64,000 bases of DNA, taken from the NCBI GenBank assembly GCA_028287135.1, contig JAQBQE010000008.1:3155-67154 (forward strand). Reading direction: 5' to 3'. Shown here one piece after another: positions 1 through 8,917 of the stretch. Both the position numbers and the translations under genes were made by a program. The DNA comes from Myxococcales bacterium (GTDB lineage Bacteria > Myxococcota_A > Polyangia > Haliangiales > Haliangiaceae). Below the pieces are notes generated by a model that ran no database searches, was not told where the DNA came from, and saw only the letters and a list, made by a program, of their open reading frames with translations. Within the stretch, counting starts at the first letter, position 1. The number at the start of each line of letters is the position of its first letter.

Positions 1-286
1 CCACATCAGGCGGAGCTATGCGGTCAGGCGGTCCGGCCGAGATCAAGGGTCCGAGCAGGCAGCGGACGAGCCGCTCGAGCGCGGGTCGGTCGACGGCATC
101 GAGGGAGATATCGGCATCGAGCGAGAAGCCATCGATGAAGGCGCAGCTGCGGCGCGACGGCGGAAGTTCGCGGCCCAGGCTCGGCACGCACGTCGGCAGC
201 TGCAGACTACGAGTGTCCGGGTCTCGGACATCGCAACGGAAACACCGCGGATCGCCACGCGCGACGGATGAGCACGACGGTGGCAT
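1..286 (-). CDS. hypothetical protein, N-terminal part only (gene runs off left edge)
   Basis: Absent from the ORF track because it is open at the window edge. The reverse-strand frame from ATG (complement of 284-286) reads MPPSCSSVARGDPRCF...CAFIDGFSLDADISLDAVDRPALERLVRCLLGPLISAG with no stop down to position 1 and mostly G/C third positions. No family recognised. Confidence 0.3.
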   Translation of the reverse strand, partial: MPPSCSSVARGDPRCFRCDVRDPDTRSLQLPTCVPSLGRELPPSRRSCAFIDGFSLDADISLDAVDRPALERLVRCLLGPLISAGPPDRIAPPDV

Positions 287-528
287 CGAACCCGCACCCC
301 GGCGTGCGTGCCTCGAACGCACGCGGCGTAGCACGTCTACGAACGCAGCCCGGGCGCGGCCGTCACGCCGCTGCCGGAGGGCTATCGGCCACGGCGACCG
401 CCGACGCTGCGCAGGCTGCGCCTGTCCATCCCCGACAGGACGTGCCCGGAAACGCGGCAGTGTGCAGCTGTGATTCAGGCGGCGATGCCAGCCGTCGTCG
501 TTGAACCTCGAGCACCCGTTCGTGATAC

Positions 529-837
529 GTGGTCGCCGTGATCTCTAGGCTCAGGAACTGGCAGTGCCGAACTGGCGCACGTGACGCGATCGCAGCCGCG
601 CGAGATCTCGGCATGCTCCCGCTGTTCGTCGTGGAGCGCGACGGCTGGACGACGCTGTACCCTCAACTACTCGAAGAACTTCCGGACACCGAGGTGGTGG
701 TCGCCACGAAGAAACTCTCCGCCATCACGCACGCACCTGTGTTCGCGTTCGACGTCTATGACAGCGATGGCTTTCGCTACGTCCTCGCAGACGACGGAAA
801 CGTGCAGGACGAGTACCTGTCCAACCCCGCTGCCTAG
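529..837 (+). CDS. hypothetical protein
   Basis: Track ORF with good codon-3 G/C and protein-like sequence (LPLFVVERDGWTTLYPQLLEELPDTEVVVATKK...DEYLSNP). Start uncertain (GTG 529 or ATG 613). No family recognised. Confidence 0.45.
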   Translation: MVAVISRLRNWQCRTGARDAIAAARDLGMLPLFVVERDGWTTLYPQLLEELPDTEVVVATKKLSAITHAPVFAFDVYDSDGFRYVLADDGNVQDEYLSNPAA

Positions 838-855
838 CGAGCTGCCGCACGCGGG

Positions 856-1428
856 ATGCGTCGTGGCGGTGATCGTACAGCGCTCGCGCCACACATCGGC
901 CAGCTCACGAGCTCCGACAGCGAGACGCTCGATCGGATGCTGGCGACCGGTCACCTCGAACCGCACGTTTCACTGGAGGAGGAAGAGCACCGTTCGGTGA
1001 TCGCGCGCCGGATCAGCGAGCTCACGCGGGCGAACACCGCCGATGCGAAGACCGAGCTCGAACGGCTCCGTGCCGAGCACTCGTCCTGGTATCCGCGAAA
1101 TCGTGCAGCGAACGTCAACGAAGACGATGCCGACAAGCTCGCCGTCTTCCTCGGTCGCCTGCTCGGACTCGAGCACTTGCGTGTCACCAATGGTTGGGGC
1201 CCACGGCGCGCCGCAGCCCCGCACTCTCGGTGGTCGCCTAGGCCCGGTGGACGGTCCACAGCCGGACGCGGACCGGGGCGGGCAGTGCCTTCGACGTGTA
1301 CTCGAGGTCCTCGATCTCGGCCTTCATGTCCGCGAGCAGCTCGGCAACGCCGGGCGATGCGTACGTCGCCTCGCTCATCGCGATCTGATGGCCCTCGGCG
1401 AGTGCCTGCAGCTTCGCGGCGATGTTGA
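856..1428 (+). CDS. hypothetical protein (3' end uncertain)
   Basis: Same reading frame as 529..837, separated only by an in-frame TAG (835-837) plus 18 nt. The first ~115 codons look protein-like (SETLDRMLATGHLEPHVSLEEEEHRSVIARRISELTRANTADAKTELERLRAEH). The last ~65 codons are Arg/Pro/Ser-rich, lose the codon-3 bias and overlap the cyclase gene on the other strand, so the true end is probably near 1200-1240. Confidence 0.3.
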   Translation: MRRGGDRTALAPHIGQLTSSDSETLDRMLATGHLEPHVSLEEEEHRSVIARRISELTRANTADAKTELERLRAEHSSWYPRNRAANVNEDDADKLAVFLGRLLGLEHLRVTNGWGPRRAAAPHSRWSPRPGGRSTAGRGPGRAVPSTCTRGPRSRPSCPRAARQRRAMRTSPRSSRSDGPRRVPAASRRC

Positions 1429-3118
1429 CGGTGCTGCCGAAGTAGTCGGCGTTCGCGTTGAGCCGGACGGCGATGCACGGACCGGTGTTGAGCGAGATCC
1501 GGAGGCGGATCGGCGTATCGGCACGCGTCGGGTGGAACGCGGCATGGATCTTCTGCGACGCGCGCAGCGCATCGACCGGATTGACGAACGCCGCCATTAC
1601 CGCATCACCGATGGTCTTGACCACGGCGCCGCGAAACTCCGCCACGATCGCGAAGACTTCGTCGAAGTGCTTCTTGATCTCGATGAACGCGGCCGGATCG
1701 CCGCGCGACGAGTAGAACGCCGTCGAGCCGACGACGTCGGTGAACAGCAGCGTCTGCTGTCCAACGCCGAGTCGAACATCGGCACCGATGTAGTCTTCCG
1801 AGAACAGATCGCGGAACTCCTGGAGGCTGAGGAGCTGTCCCGCACGCAACGCGTGATCACTCCAGGTCGCCTCCTGGATCGTGAACAGCGATGGTTCCTT
1901 GGTATCGTTCGTGAGCTCGATCGTCGCGGTCTGCCGCGCCGAGACCACCGTGCCCGCGGGGTGCGGTTCCCACTTCACGCTGGATGCGCCGGCCTCGTCG
2001 ACATCGAGGTACCAGCCACCGGCGAACTGGCGCGCGACGGTGTATCGGCCCGCGTCGAGGTGCGGATCGACGGTCTCCGTGCTGCCCGGCGGCAGCGTCC
2101 ACTGCACGCGGACGTGATCCTTTCGCGCGGGCTCGGCGCTGCAGTAGATGACGTCGGGGATCTCGCGGATGGACGAGTGCACGTGGAATGTGACCTCCAC
2201 GCTCTCGGGCGTCTCGGTCGCAAACTCGACCTGGCAGGCTTCGCACTTCGCGTGCGCCTTGAGGTCGCGGAGGGTCTCGTTCTCGTCGCGAACACCACGG
2301 CAATGCGGACACACGGTGTCCCACGACAGCGTCAGCAGACCAGCGCGCGTCGCGTACAGAGCGACCCGCAACAGATCATGTTCGGGCAGCTTCCACACGC
2401 GCGCACGTTCGCGGATCTGGATCCGATGGAGATCCTGATCATCGCCGGTACGAATCCAGTCGATCAGCGCATCGACCGCGGCCTTCGATAACCCTTCGTT
2501 GACGAGCGCAGCGCGCTGCGCGCGCAGGCGCGCCTCCGCGTCGTCCGACAGCGCCGGCGGGGGGAGCGTCAGCACCGCGGGCGGCAGACCATCGAGCTGC
2601 GCCCCCAGCGCGGGGATCACGCGGTCGAACGCCTTCTTCAGCGTCGGGAATCCGAGCCACATCGCCGCCTTGCCGAACGCGCCACGGGGCACCGCACCGA
2701 AGTAGAAGTAGACGCGCGTGCCCGTCGAGATCCGCTCGAGGTGATGGATCGCGTACATCACCTTCATGAAGCCGCGCTCGTAGATCCGGGTGCACGTCAG
2801 CCACTGGTTCGCGACCCAGTTCCACGGCACCTCCCACCACACGTGCTGCACGCCGCCGGGCCTGGCCGAGCCCCAGCGCTTGCCGTCGCGCTCCTCGAAC
2901 GTCATCTCTGCGGTGCCGAGCGCGCGATTCATTCGTGAGGTGTCGGCGATGTGCGGCCACAGCGCCTCGGGAGGGCACGGGAGGTCGTAGATCCACAGAC
3001 GCTCGGTGCGGTTCTCGTTCGCCCACTGCGATGGATACGGATGCAACGCGAGAAGCTGTTCGATGGTGAGCGGTTGCTCCGCACCATTCCCTGCTAAGGT
3101 CGACTGCGAGGTCGCCAT
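1238..3118 (-). CDS. adenylate/guanylate cyclase domain protein with large N-terminal sensor region
   Basis: C-terminal class III cyclase signature LLFTDVVGSTAFYSSRGD...VVKTIGDAVMAAF...RISLNTGPCIAVRLNANADYFGSTVNIAAKLQ. ATG at the complement of 3116-3118. Confidence 0.85.
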   Translation of the reverse strand: MATSQSTLAGNGAEQPLTIEQLLALHPYPSQWANENRTERLWIYDLPCPPEALWPHIADTSRMNRALGTAEMTFEERDGKRWGSARPGGVQHVWWEVPWNWVANQWLTCTRIYERGFMKVMYAIHHLERISTGTRVYFYFGAVPRGAFGKAAMWLGFPTLKKAFDRVIPALGAQLDGLPPAVLTLPPPALSDDAEARLRAQRAALVNEGLSKAAVDALIDWIRTGDDQDLHRIQIRERARVWKLPEHDLLRVALYATRAGLLTLSWDTVCPHCRGVRDENETLRDLKAHAKCEACQVEFATETPESVEVTFHVHSSIREIPDVIYCSAEPARKDHVRVQWTLPPGSTETVDPHLDAGRYTVARQFAGGWYLDVDEAGASSVKWEPHPAGTVVSARQTATIELTNDTKEPSLFTIQEATWSDHALRAGQLLSLQEFRDLFSEDYIGADVRLGVGQQTLLFTDVVGSTAFYSSRGDPAAFIEIKKHFDEVFAIVAEFRGAVVKTIGDAVMAAFVNPVDALRASQKIHAAFHPTRADTPIRLRISLNTGPCIAVRLNANADYFGSTVNIAAKLQALAEGHQIAMSEATYASPGVAELLADMKAEIEDLEYTSKALPAPVRVRLWTVHRA

Positions 3119-5256
3119 TGCCCACGACAGTGTACCGTAGCTGTCCGCTCTGCGAGGCGACGTGCGGCGTCGCGATCGAGATCGAGGGCGACCGCGTCCT
3201 GTCGGTCCGCGGTGACGAGGCCGACCCGTTCAGCAAGGGCTACATCTGCCCCAAGGGCACCGCGCTGGCGGACCTCCATCACGATCCGGACCGGCTGACC
3301 CGGCCCGTCATGCGTGACGGCGACGGATGGAAGGAGCTTGCCTGGGACGATGCGTTCGAGCTCGTCGGCCGGAGGCTCAAGGGCATCCGCGATACCTATG
3401 GCAAGGACTCGATCGCCGTCTATCAGGGCAATCCGAGCGCACATAACCTCGGCCTGCTGACGTACGGCCAGCTGTTGATGCGCACGCTCGGGACGAAGAA
3501 TGCGTACTCGGCGACGTCGCTCGATCAGCTGCCGCACATGCTCGCGGCACTGCAGATGTTCGGCAACCAGCTGCTGATGCCGGTCCCCGACATCGACCGC
3601 TCGGACTTGTTCATCTGCCTCGGCGCCAACCCGCTCGCCTCGAACGGCAGCATCATGACGGCGCCCGACGTGAAGGGGCGGCTCAAGGCGATCCGCGATC
3701 GCGGCGGCAAGGTGATCGTCCTCGATCCGCGTCGCACCGAGACGGCGGAGAAGGCGGATCAGCATCTGTTCATCCGGCCGGCCACCGATGCGGTGCTGCT
3801 GCTCGCGATGATCCACGTGCTGTTCGCCGAGAACCTCGTGAAGCTCGGCAGGATCGGGATGACGGGCGTCGAGGAGCTGCGCACGGCATCGGCGAGCTGG
3901 AGCCCCGAGCGTGCGGCACCGATCACGGGGGTCAGCGCGGACGACACCCGGGCGCTGACGCGTGCGCTCGCGACCACACCGCGCGCGGTGCTCTACGGTC
4001 GGATCGGCGTCTGCGTGCAGGAGTTCGGCGGGCTGGCGGCGTGGCTGTGCTACGCGATCAACGCGCTGACCGGGCACCTCGACGAGCCGGGCGGGCTGAT
4101 GTTCACGACCCCCGCGGTCGATCCTCTGCCGCTCGCCGCGATGCTCGGCTTCGATGGTGGCTTCGCGCGGTGGAAGAGCCGCGTCAGTGGCAAGCCCGAG
4201 TTTGGCGGCGAGTTTCCGATGACGGCGCTCGCCGAGGAGATCGAGACGCCGGGTAACGGCGAGGACAAGGTCCAGATCCGCGCGCTCATCACGAGCGCCG
4301 GCAATCCCGTGCTGTCGGCGCCCGGTGGGCCGCGGCTCGAGAAGGCGTTCGGCACGCTCGACTTCATGGTCTCGATCGATCCCTACATCAACGAGACCAC
4401 GCGGCTCGCGAACGTCATCCTCCCGCCGACCTCGGTGCTCGAGCGTTCGCACTACGACGCGGCGCTCAACGCATTCGCCGTCCGCAACGTCGCCAAGTTC
4501 TCGCCACCGACGTTCGAGCGCTCCGCCGAGACGCGCCACGACTGGGAGATCTGCATGGAGCTGTGGACGCGGATCGGGCTGCCCGCGAAGCTCGGTCCCG
4601 GCTCGCGGCTCGTGCGTGGTCTGCTCGGCAAGCTCGGTCCCGAGGCGATCGTCGATCTCGCGCTGCGCACCGGACCGCACGGCTTCGGCCGCGGCGGGAT
4701 GTCGCTCGCGAAGCTGCGCAAGACGCCGCACGGCGTCGATCTCGGCCCGCTCGAGGCGCGCCTGCCAAAGCGGCTCGCGACCCCCGACAAGAAGGTCCAC
4801 CTCGCGTCGCCGATCTACCTCGCTGATCTCCAGCGGCTCCAGGATCGCTACGAGACCGCGGTCCACCACGATCTCGTGATGATCGGGCGTCGTCACCTGC
4901 GCAGCAACAACTCGTGGATGCACAACAGCGAGCGCCTCGTGAAGGGACCGCCGCGCTGCACGCTGCTGATCCATCCCGACGATGCGGCGTCGCGCAACCT
5001 GACCGACGGTGACGTCGCGAAGGTCTCGACCCGCAAGGGCGCGATCGAGGTCCCCGTCGAGATCAGCGACTCGATGATGCGGGGCGTGGTCAGCGTTCCA
5101 CACGGCTGGGGCCACGGCCTCAAGGGCGTCAAGTTGCGGGTCGCGCAGACCGTGCCCGGCGCGAGCGCCAACGACATCATCGATCCCGACCGGATCGACG
5201 CACTGTCCGGGACCAGTGCGCTGACCGGTCAACCCGTCGAGGTCCGTCGCGCATGA
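3118..5256 (+). CDS. molybdopterin-dependent oxidoreductase (bis-MGD family, cytoplasmic type; substrate unknown)
   Basis: N-terminal 4Fe-4S motif CPLCEATCG...CPKG, then typical MopB-family blocks (IAVYQGNP, LFICLGANPLASNGS, VIVLDPRRTETA) and a C-terminal molybdopterin dinucleotide-binding beta-barrel (HPDDAASRNLTDGDVAKVSTRKGAIEV). No twin-arginine signal. Start TTG 3118 or GTG 3130. Confidence 0.9.
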   Translation: MPTTVYRSCPLCEATCGVAIEIEGDRVLSVRGDEADPFSKGYICPKGTALADLHHDPDRLTRPVMRDGDGWKELAWDDAFELVGRRLKGIRDTYGKDSIAVYQGNPSAHNLGLLTYGQLLMRTLGTKNAYSATSLDQLPHMLAALQMFGNQLLMPVPDIDRSDLFICLGANPLASNGSIMTAPDVKGRLKAIRDRGGKVIVLDPRRTETAEKADQHLFIRPATDAVLLLAMIHVLFAENLVKLGRIGMTGVEELRTASASWSPERAAPITGVSADDTRALTRALATTPRAVLYGRIGVCVQEFGGLAAWLCYAINALTGHLDEPGGLMFTTPAVDPLPLAAMLGFDGGFARWKSRVSGKPEFGGEFPMTALAEEIETPGNGEDKVQIRALITSAGNPVLSAPGGPRLEKAFGTLDFMVSIDPYINETTRLANVILPPTSVLERSHYDAALNAFAVRNVAKFSPPTFERSAETRHDWEICMELWTRIGLPAKLGPGSRLVRGLLGKLGPEAIVDLALRTGPHGFGRGGMSLAKLRKTPHGVDLGPLEARLPKRLATPDKKVHLASPIYLADLQRLQDRYETAVHHDLVMIGRRHLRSNNSWMHNSERLVKGPPRCTLLIHPDDAASRNLTDGDVAKVSTRKGAIEVPVEISDSMMRGVVSVPHGWGHGLKGVKLRVAQTVPGASANDIIDPDRIDALSGTSALTGQPVEVRRA

Positions 5257-5696
5257 AGAGCTCGGAGCTATTCGACAAGATCGGCGGCGATGCGCTGCGC
5301 GCGGTGATCACCGACTTCTACGCGCGGATCTTCAGCGACGTCATGATCGGCTTCATGTTCGAGGGCCGCGATCGCGCGCACCTGATCGAGCGTGAATGGG
5401 AGCTCGTCGCCGCGCTGCTCGGGGCCCCCGGCGTGACGTACAAGGGCCGGCCGATGCCTACCGCGCACGCGCAGCACACGATCTTCGGCGGTCACTTCGA
5501 GCGCCGCCTGCAGATCCTGCGCGAGACCCTGCGCGATCACGCCGTCGACCCCGCGGTGCAGCAGGCCTGGATCGACCACTCGCTCTCGCTACGCGCGCAG
5601 ATCACGCGCGACAAGGGCTCGGAGTGCAAGGACACCTCGATGGCCACTCCGAAGCTGTCGGACCCCGACAAGCGCATCAAGCTCGGCCGGAAATAG
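5253..5696 (+). CDS. truncated (2-on-2) haemoglobin family protein
   Basis: LFDKIGGDALRAVITDFYARIFSD...TAHAQHTIFGGHFERRLQILRETL matches the trHb helix pattern. ATG overlaps the upstream TGA (ATGA, 5253-5256). Confidence 0.8.
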   Translation: MKSSELFDKIGGDALRAVITDFYARIFSDVMIGFMFEGRDRAHLIEREWELVAALLGAPGVTYKGRPMPTAHAQHTIFGGHFERRLQILRETLRDHAVDPAVQQAWIDHSLSLRAQITRDKGSECKDTSMATPKLSDPDKRIKLGRK

Positions 5697-5819
5697 GTCA
5701 GAACCGCGCCGGACCTGGTGTCCGAACGTGTGCTTCTTGTGCCTGGCCCCTCCTCGCAAGCGGTTGAAAACTGCCGGAGGTGTTGTCCGAACGTGTGCCC
5801 GGGGAGCTAGGGTTTGCGC

Positions 5820-6230
5820 ATGCGGATGGTTCTCGTGCTCGGTCTCGTCCTTGGGTGTGGTGGCGGGAAGGCGGCGGCACCGACCGCGGCGGCTCCGGCC
5901 AACGCGAGCAGCAGCACGGCGGACCCGCGCGCCGCATGTGCGGATGCGGTCGCGAAGGCGGGGACGACGGGCCGCGGAACGGACCCGGTGAGCCCCGAGG
6001 ATGCGGCCCGGTTCGCGGCGATGGAGGCGGCGATGACCGATAGCTGCGTCGAAGCGCAGTGGTCACCGGCGGCGATCAGCTGTTTCACGAACGGGAAGAC
6101 GCAGGACGAGCTTCGCGGATGCACGCAGCTGCTGACCGAGGCGCAGAACGAGGAGGTCCAGTTCCGGCTCGGCGAGGCCGCCAAGGCCGCTGGCGAGGGG
6201 CCGACCGAGCCGCCCGCGCCGACGCCGTGA
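5820..6230 (+). CDS. lipoprotein, hypothetical
   Basis: MRMVLVLGLVLGC lipobox signal peptide, Ala/Pro-rich linker, four Cys in the mature part. Good codon bias. Confidence 0.55.
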   Translation: MRMVLVLGLVLGCGGGKAAAPTAAAPANASSSTADPRAACADAVAKAGTTGRGTDPVSPEDAARFAAMEAAMTDSCVEAQWSPAAISCFTNGKTQDELRGCTQLLTEAQNEEVQFRLGEAAKAAGEGPTEPPAPTP

Positions 6231-7109
6231 TCACTGGTACGGGTTCGGCTTCTTGTTCGTGACGCGCTCGTAGTAGGTCGCCGCACTGCCGCCGCGCGCC
6301 TTGTCGTCCTTTGCCTTCACGAGCTCCTCGTCGATCACGCGCGTGAAGCTCTCGAGCGGCTGCGCACCCGAGAGCGGGCGACCGTTGATCCAGAAGCCGG
6401 GCACACCCGACTGGCCGAGCTTCTGGAACATCGCAGCGTCGCGCTTGATGGCATCGGTGCACAGCACCAGGTCGCGGTCGTACTGCTTGAGGTCGAGGCG
6501 CAGCGCGCGCGCGATCTCGCGGAGCTCGGCCTCCGGGAGCTCGCGCATGCTGCCCTGGTCGGTCGCGGCGGCGTAGATCGCGTCCTCGATCCGGGCGAGT
6601 CGGTCCTGATAGCCCGCCGCACACGCTGCGGCCGACGACATCGTCGCGCGCGGATGGACGATGAAGCTCTTGACCACGATCCGCAGCTCCTTCTTGTACG
6701 TGGCGCGCAGCTTCACGAGCGTCGGGAACACGCGGTGGGTGAACGGTTCCGGAAACTGGAGTGCGGCGACCATCGTGACCGGTGCCACGGCGGGGCCGAT
6801 CGCAGGACTGTCATCGAGCGGCACCGGGTACGCGCGGTTCTCGTCGAGCTGGGCACGCGTCGGGCGCGGAGGCGGAGCGGCAGCGCCCTTGTCGAGCTCG
6901 GCCTGCAGCGTCTCGAGCTTGGCCTGCAGCTGCGCGATCTTGTCGTCGACGGTGGTCGGCTCTGCCGGCTTCACCACGATCGGCGTGTCGCGAGCCTCGA
7001 GCGTCGCCACCCGGGTCTCGAGCGCATCGACGCGAGCGGTCGTCGCTTGCGACCCCGCGCTCGCACCACACCCGATCGTCCACAGACACACGAAGGAAAG
7101 TCCGCGCAT
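6231..7109 (-). CDS. DsbA-like thioredoxin-fold lipoprotein lacking the CxxC active site
   Basis: Internal ATG at the complement of 7107-7109 gives MRGLSFVCLWTIGC (lipobox), followed by a coiled-coil segment. The DsbA-family C-terminal blocks are present (GVPGFWINGRPLSGAQP, FTRVIDEELVKAK), but the CPFC position reads EPFT. The track ORF extends to 7367, but that extension is Arg-rich and unlikely to be real. Confidence 0.75.
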   Translation of the reverse strand: MRGLSFVCLWTIGCGASAGSQATTARVDALETRVATLEARDTPIVVKPAEPTTVDDKIAQLQAKLETLQAELDKGAAAPPPRPTRAQLDENRAYPVPLDDSPAIGPAVAPVTMVAALQFPEPFTHRVFPTLVKLRATYKKELRIVVKSFIVHPRATMSSAAACAAGYQDRLARIEDAIYAAATDQGSMRELPEAELREIARALRLDLKQYDRDLVLCTDAIKRDAAMFQKLGQSGVPGFWINGRPLSGAQPLESFTRVIDEELVKAKDDKARGGSAATYYERVTNKKPNPYQ

Positions 7110-7141
7110 CGCGCGAGGATGCCGTGGGCCCGCGATGGCGG

Positions 7142-8872
7142 TCAATCGATGATCGAGGGCGGCCGCTCGCGCTGCCAGGCGCGCGCCGCGAACACGATGA
7201 CCTCGACGGCGAGGGTCAGAGCGAACGTCATCGCCGCACACGCGACGCCGACCTCGAGCGCGGGGATCAGCACGATCCAGAACGGTCCCGGCAACGAGAC
7301 ATACGGCGGCGGAAAGAACGCCCATGTCAGGGCCGCCGGGATCATCGCGAGCATCAGGCCGACCCACGCGATGCCGTTGGCAGCAGCGAGCCGGTCACCG
7401 AGGGTCGGTTGCTTGCGGAGCGCCCACAGGTTCGCGAACAGCTGGACGACCGTACCGACGGCGCCATACCGGAGCAGCGCGCCGGCGAGGTGACCTTGCG
7501 CCGGTACGAGCGAGGGGGAGAACCGCTGGCCGAGCGTGCCGATCAATGCGAAGTACACGACGAAGAACGCGGGCACGGTGACGAGCAGGATCTTCAGATC
7601 GAGCCGGAGCACGCGTCGCCTGATCAAGCCGACCGCGAGCACCACGGCGAACAGGGCGCCAAAGAACACGAGCGTCAACCGCGCGGCGCGATGCTCGAGC
7701 ACGGCGATCGCCGCGGTGGCCTCTGACGCGTCGACGATCGCGCGGGTCGCGGTCAGCCGGTTCTGATCGGCAGAGATCCGGCGCGCGTCATCAGCGTCGG
7801 GTAGCAGCAGCATCTCGGTCAGCGTGCGACCGAGCCCGTGCCCGGGGGACGGGATCGCGAGCAGGGCAGAGACCGTCGGCGCGATGTCGATCAACCGCGC
7901 GTCGCGAGGGACGCCACTCGCATCGATGCCCGCGCCGGCGGCGATCAGCGGCACGGTCACGACCTCGGGCTCGAGCCCACCGTGCCCTCCGTGCTGCGTG
8001 TGCCCGTGATCCGAGGTGACGAGGATCGTGTCCTGCGTCAGGTCGACGCGACCAAGGGCACGCGCGAGTGCGCGATCCGCGGTCTCGGCGGCGATCCGAT
8101 ACTCGAGGCTGTCGCCGCCGTGACCGTGGCCCGCGGCATCGACCGCACCGACGAGCAACACGACGAGATCGGCGTGACCGGCCGCGAGCGCGGCACCCGC
8201 CTCGCTGAACCCACCCGGCCACGGCGCGTAGCGCGCATCATCGAACGGCGACGCCAGGTCGGCATCGGGTGCGCGCACGGCCCCGATCGCGGCCGGGTCC
8301 TCGACGAAGTCGCGATCGCGTTCCTCGTCGATGTTGACCTCGATGCCGATCCGCGATGCACCGGCGCGCGGCCGCAGGAACAGCCGCGGCAACACGTCGT
8401 AGTCGGTGCCACTCGCGGCCGACAGCCCCGCAGCCCGAGCCCGGTCCATCAGCGTGTCGAGCTGGACCGGCGTCGAGTGATGGTTGGTCCGCACGCCGCT
8501 GGCGCTCGGCGGGACGCCGGTCAGGATCGAGACGTAGTTCGGTCGCGACCACGTGGGGTAGTGCGAGCTCGCCTCGGAGTCGACGCCGCGGCGGCGCAGC
8601 TCGTCGAGGAACGGCAGCTCGTACGAGCGGTCGAGCCGCAGGCCGTCGACGATCACCAGGAACACCCGGCGCGACAGTCGGGGCGTGCGCGCATCCTCGA
8701 CGACCGGCGGCACCTTCGCCAGCGCAGGCTGGACCTGCTCGAGATCGAGCATGAACGATCGGCCAGCCAGCCCGGCCTGCACGGCGCCAACGGTACCGAG
8801 GACGAGGATCGTGAGCGCGGCCACCACGACGTGTTTCGTCGACGCTGTGACCGCCGGCCGCCGCGCTCTCAT
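7142..8872 (-). CDS. alkaline-phosphatase-superfamily phosphodiesterase/pyrophosphatase with C-terminal polytopic membrane domain
   Basis: VFLVIVDGLRLD...YPTWSRPNYVSILTGVPPSASGV...VGAVDAAGHGHG...LVTSDHGHTQHGGHGG metal-site motifs, an N-terminal TM and about 6 C-terminal TM segments. Start MRARRPAV at the complement of 8870-8872. Confidence 0.8.
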   Translation of the reverse strand: MRARRPAVTASTKHVVVAALTILVLGTVGAVQAGLAGRSFMLDLEQVQPALAKVPPVVEDARTPRLSRRVFLVIVDGLRLDRSYELPFLDELRRRGVDSEASSHYPTWSRPNYVSILTGVPPSASGVRTNHHSTPVQLDTLMDRARAAGLSAASGTDYDVLPRLFLRPRAGASRIGIEVNIDEERDRDFVEDPAAIGAVRAPDADLASPFDDARYAPWPGGFSEAGAALAAGHADLVVLLVGAVDAAGHGHGGDSLEYRIAAETADRALARALGRVDLTQDTILVTSDHGHTQHGGHGGLEPEVVTVPLIAAGAGIDASGVPRDARLIDIAPTVSALLAIPSPGHGLGRTLTEMLLLPDADDARRISADQNRLTATRAIVDASEATAAIAVLEHRAARLTLVFFGALFAVVLAVGLIRRRVLRLDLKILLVTVPAFFVVYFALIGTLGQRFSPSLVPAQGHLAGALLRYGAVGTVVQLFANLWALRKQPTLGDRLAAANGIAWVGLMLAMIPAALTWAFFPPPYVSLPGPFWIVLIPALEVGVACAAMTFALTLAVEVIVFAARAWQRERPPSIID

Positions 8873-8917
8873 CCCAGAGTCTAGCGCGGAGCCCTCCGCT
8901 GGCCATAAGCTGCGCCG

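Noticed and set aside
3094-5232. 712-aa reverse-strand ORF exactly mirroring the molybdopterin oxidoreductase gene
   Set aside because: The Arg/Asp/Ala/Gly-rich product has no motifs, and its codon-3 bias is the mirror of the + strand gene, which has clear family motifs. It is a typical antisense shadow ORF in high-GC DNA.
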